Assembly: GCA_964016885.1 (NCBI GenBank)
Contig: OZ024745.1
Span: forward strand, 47,182,001-47,246,000
Length of the DNA stretch: 64,000 nucleotides
Direction of reading: 5' to 3'
Source of the DNA: Eledone cirrhosa
Taxonomy: Eukaryota
Shown here: positions 61,911 to 64,000 of the stretch, piece by piece
Layout of the letters: every line of letters starts with the position of its first letter
Position numbering within the stretch: the stretch's first letter is position 1
Notes under the pieces: generated by a model
What the model saw: the letters and a program-made list of their open reading frames with translations, nothing else
Told to the model about the DNA's origin: nothing
The model's database searches: none
Translations under genes and position numbers: made by a program

Positions 61911-62295
61911 TTACCCAATTACACCTCTCAAAGGCGATGACACATGACCATGACCTCTGGCATCACGCAGTAATACAGAGGACCTGACCACCCACGGGTA
62001 CAAGCCGAAGCTGAAGCATATAGACAATATGCTCCCCCCCCCCCCCCCCCCCCTTCACACACACACACACCCTCCCACTGTAAAGTGGACGTGTAGGCGC
62101 CACGGAAAAAAAGCACCCAACACTCACTGTAAATAAGGTTAGTGTTAGGAGGGGCATCCAGCTGTAGAAATCAAGCCAGAATCAGTTCCCGTATGAGCAA
62201 GACAAGGTCAGCCGACCAGACACTGCCTGCAAGAGGACAACCCGTCTAACCCATGCTAGCGTGGAAGAACGGACGTAAAACAATGATGATGATGA
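61911..62295 (+). mobile_element. RTE subfamily A 3' fragment
   Basis: Matches 16022-16420. Confidence 0.85.
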
Positions 62296-62297
62296 TA

Positions 62298-62347
<50 letters not shown>

Positions 62348-62742
62348 GTATGTATATTTTATATGTATGTAGAAATTCTCAAATTTAGACATTTGCATCT
62401 GTACTGACTACAATAAAGTCTTATCAGTTTAAAATTATATAGTAATGAGTTTGTATTGACAGTTATATAGCGTTAACACTATCATTATGTTGCTGTACTA
62501 AAAGTACATTTGTATTGACTAACACACACATGGAGATATATATATACACATATACTAGACTTAGAATTTAGCTTCAAGTATAGCTGTATGTATATGTATT
62601 GCTTCAAGTATAGCTGTATATATATGTATTGGAATTTTGTATTGTTAAAGAAATACGGTATGTTTATAAATAAACATTTAGAAAGCCGTAGCTATGCAAA
62701 AACCCCAGACAAGAGGAACATTATTATATATGCATATGTGCA

Positions 62743-63545
62743 TGAAGAAGGGCCAAGAAATCCCAGTAGAAGGAAGACGCAGTAGAGGTAGACCACGAAA
62801 AACATGGGCGGAGGTGGTGAGAGCAGACCTCAGATCGCTGAAACTCATCGAGGAGATGACGAAGGACCATGACAAGTGGAGAGATGCTGTGCTAAATAGA
62901 ACCCATCCAACCCTTGCAAGCAGGGAAAAGCGGACATAAAATGACCTAGCGGTCATCCTCCATGCGCATCACATGTCCATACCATCTCAGCCTTCTCTCC
63001 TGCACACCACAACTTATCCCTCTTATACCCAGTTTCTTTCTCAACTCGTCTATGCTTGGTTATTCACACACATTGAAATTGCACATCCAACGGAACATAC
63101 TTGCTTCATTTCTCTCTAGCCGTCGCATATCTCACTACCATGCAACATCGCACATCTCACACAGGCATCATTTAACCGTCCTTTCGTATGCAGGGAGAAA
63201 CCTTTCTTTGTCAACAAAGGAAGCAGCTCCCTAAACTTCTTCCAACCTGTTCTTATTCTAGATACTATGGCCTTGGAACATCCCCCTCCCATATTAATCT
63301 GATCACCTAGGTACCGGAAGCTATCAACCACTTCTATAGAACCCACCTGCATTGGAAAAATGTGTCTATCACTGCAATTACTATTGCCAACTTTCCCTGT
63401 ACATCTACTGCATACTTAGTTTTTCCTACCTGTTAGTTTGCCTGCTATCCCACTACATCTCTTGTATACCCAAGATCTGCATTGCATACATTTTATAGAA
63501 TTTATGTCAGTTCCTTTCCTACATATTGAAAATGGCCATTTCCCT
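62743..63545 (-). mobile_element. RTE subfamily C fragment with decayed PHD; terminal 202 bp inverted
   Basis: GKWPFSICRKG..SIKCMQCRSWVYKRCSG...SFRYLGD on minus; 62743-62944 on plus. Confidence 0.85.
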
Positions 63546-64000
63546 ATATATATATATATATACAGCTCTCCATGTTTATTTGAACTTTGAACCTAACTAA
63601 TATCAGATGTATATTACACATTCATGGTAATAATGCCAACCACTTTACAGCATGTATTGGGAGAATTTTATCGTACCTTTGGCAGTTCCACCTTACAGAG
63701 TGAACTGGGTGCTTTTAATTGAGACACCAGCACTATCACTTTACAGTGAAGACTGTACAGGGAAAAGCGGACGTAAAATGATGATGATGATATATATACA
63801 TATATACATATATATACATATATGTATTTATATATATATGTCCCAGCCCCACACTGTAAATGTGGTTGGTGTTAGGAAGGGCATCCAACTGTAGAAAACC
63901 TGCCAGACAGTCCTATGCGAGCAAGACAATCACTCTTGCCTCAAGTGGGACTACCCCCGTCCAAACCCATGCAAGCGTGGAACATGGACGTTAAACGGTG

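Overview
AT-rich, repeat-saturated animal DNA; the repeat families and very long (TA)n/(CATA)n tracts look like an octopod cephalopod, but that is inference. The only host-gene signal is on the minus strand: a 72-bp coding exon (6557-6628) resembling the N-terminus of a Ctr/SLC31 copper transporter, with candidate 5'-UTR exons at 26272-26443 and 30843-~31080 and a GC-box/CCAAT promoter near 31.1 kb. The rest is mobile DNA: three RTE-clade LINE subfamilies with a C4HC3 PHD finger inserted inside the RT domain, two Neptune-type Penelope (GIY-YIG) fragments, CRE-clade, CR1 and Tx1-like fragments, a Chapaev3 transposase, piggyBac- and mariner-type MITEs, a Helentron-like element and two tRNA-derived SINE families. 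The main hidden layer is about 13 type-I hammerhead ribozyme motifs in about 9 unrelated sequence families, found by manual folding of the short non-coding islands between (TA)n tracts. They include CCGANGA-core variants with 52-92 nt branched stem II domains, a recurring U.U/A.A pair at the base of stem II, and a back-to-back opposite-polarity pair. Two unrelated ~440-bp retrozyme-like units also place an ATGCAAAT octamer ~80-85 nt upstream of the ribozyme core. No database search or folding program was run; repeat boundaries are approximate. Most ORFs in the track (YIYI/HTHT) are microsatellite artefacts.
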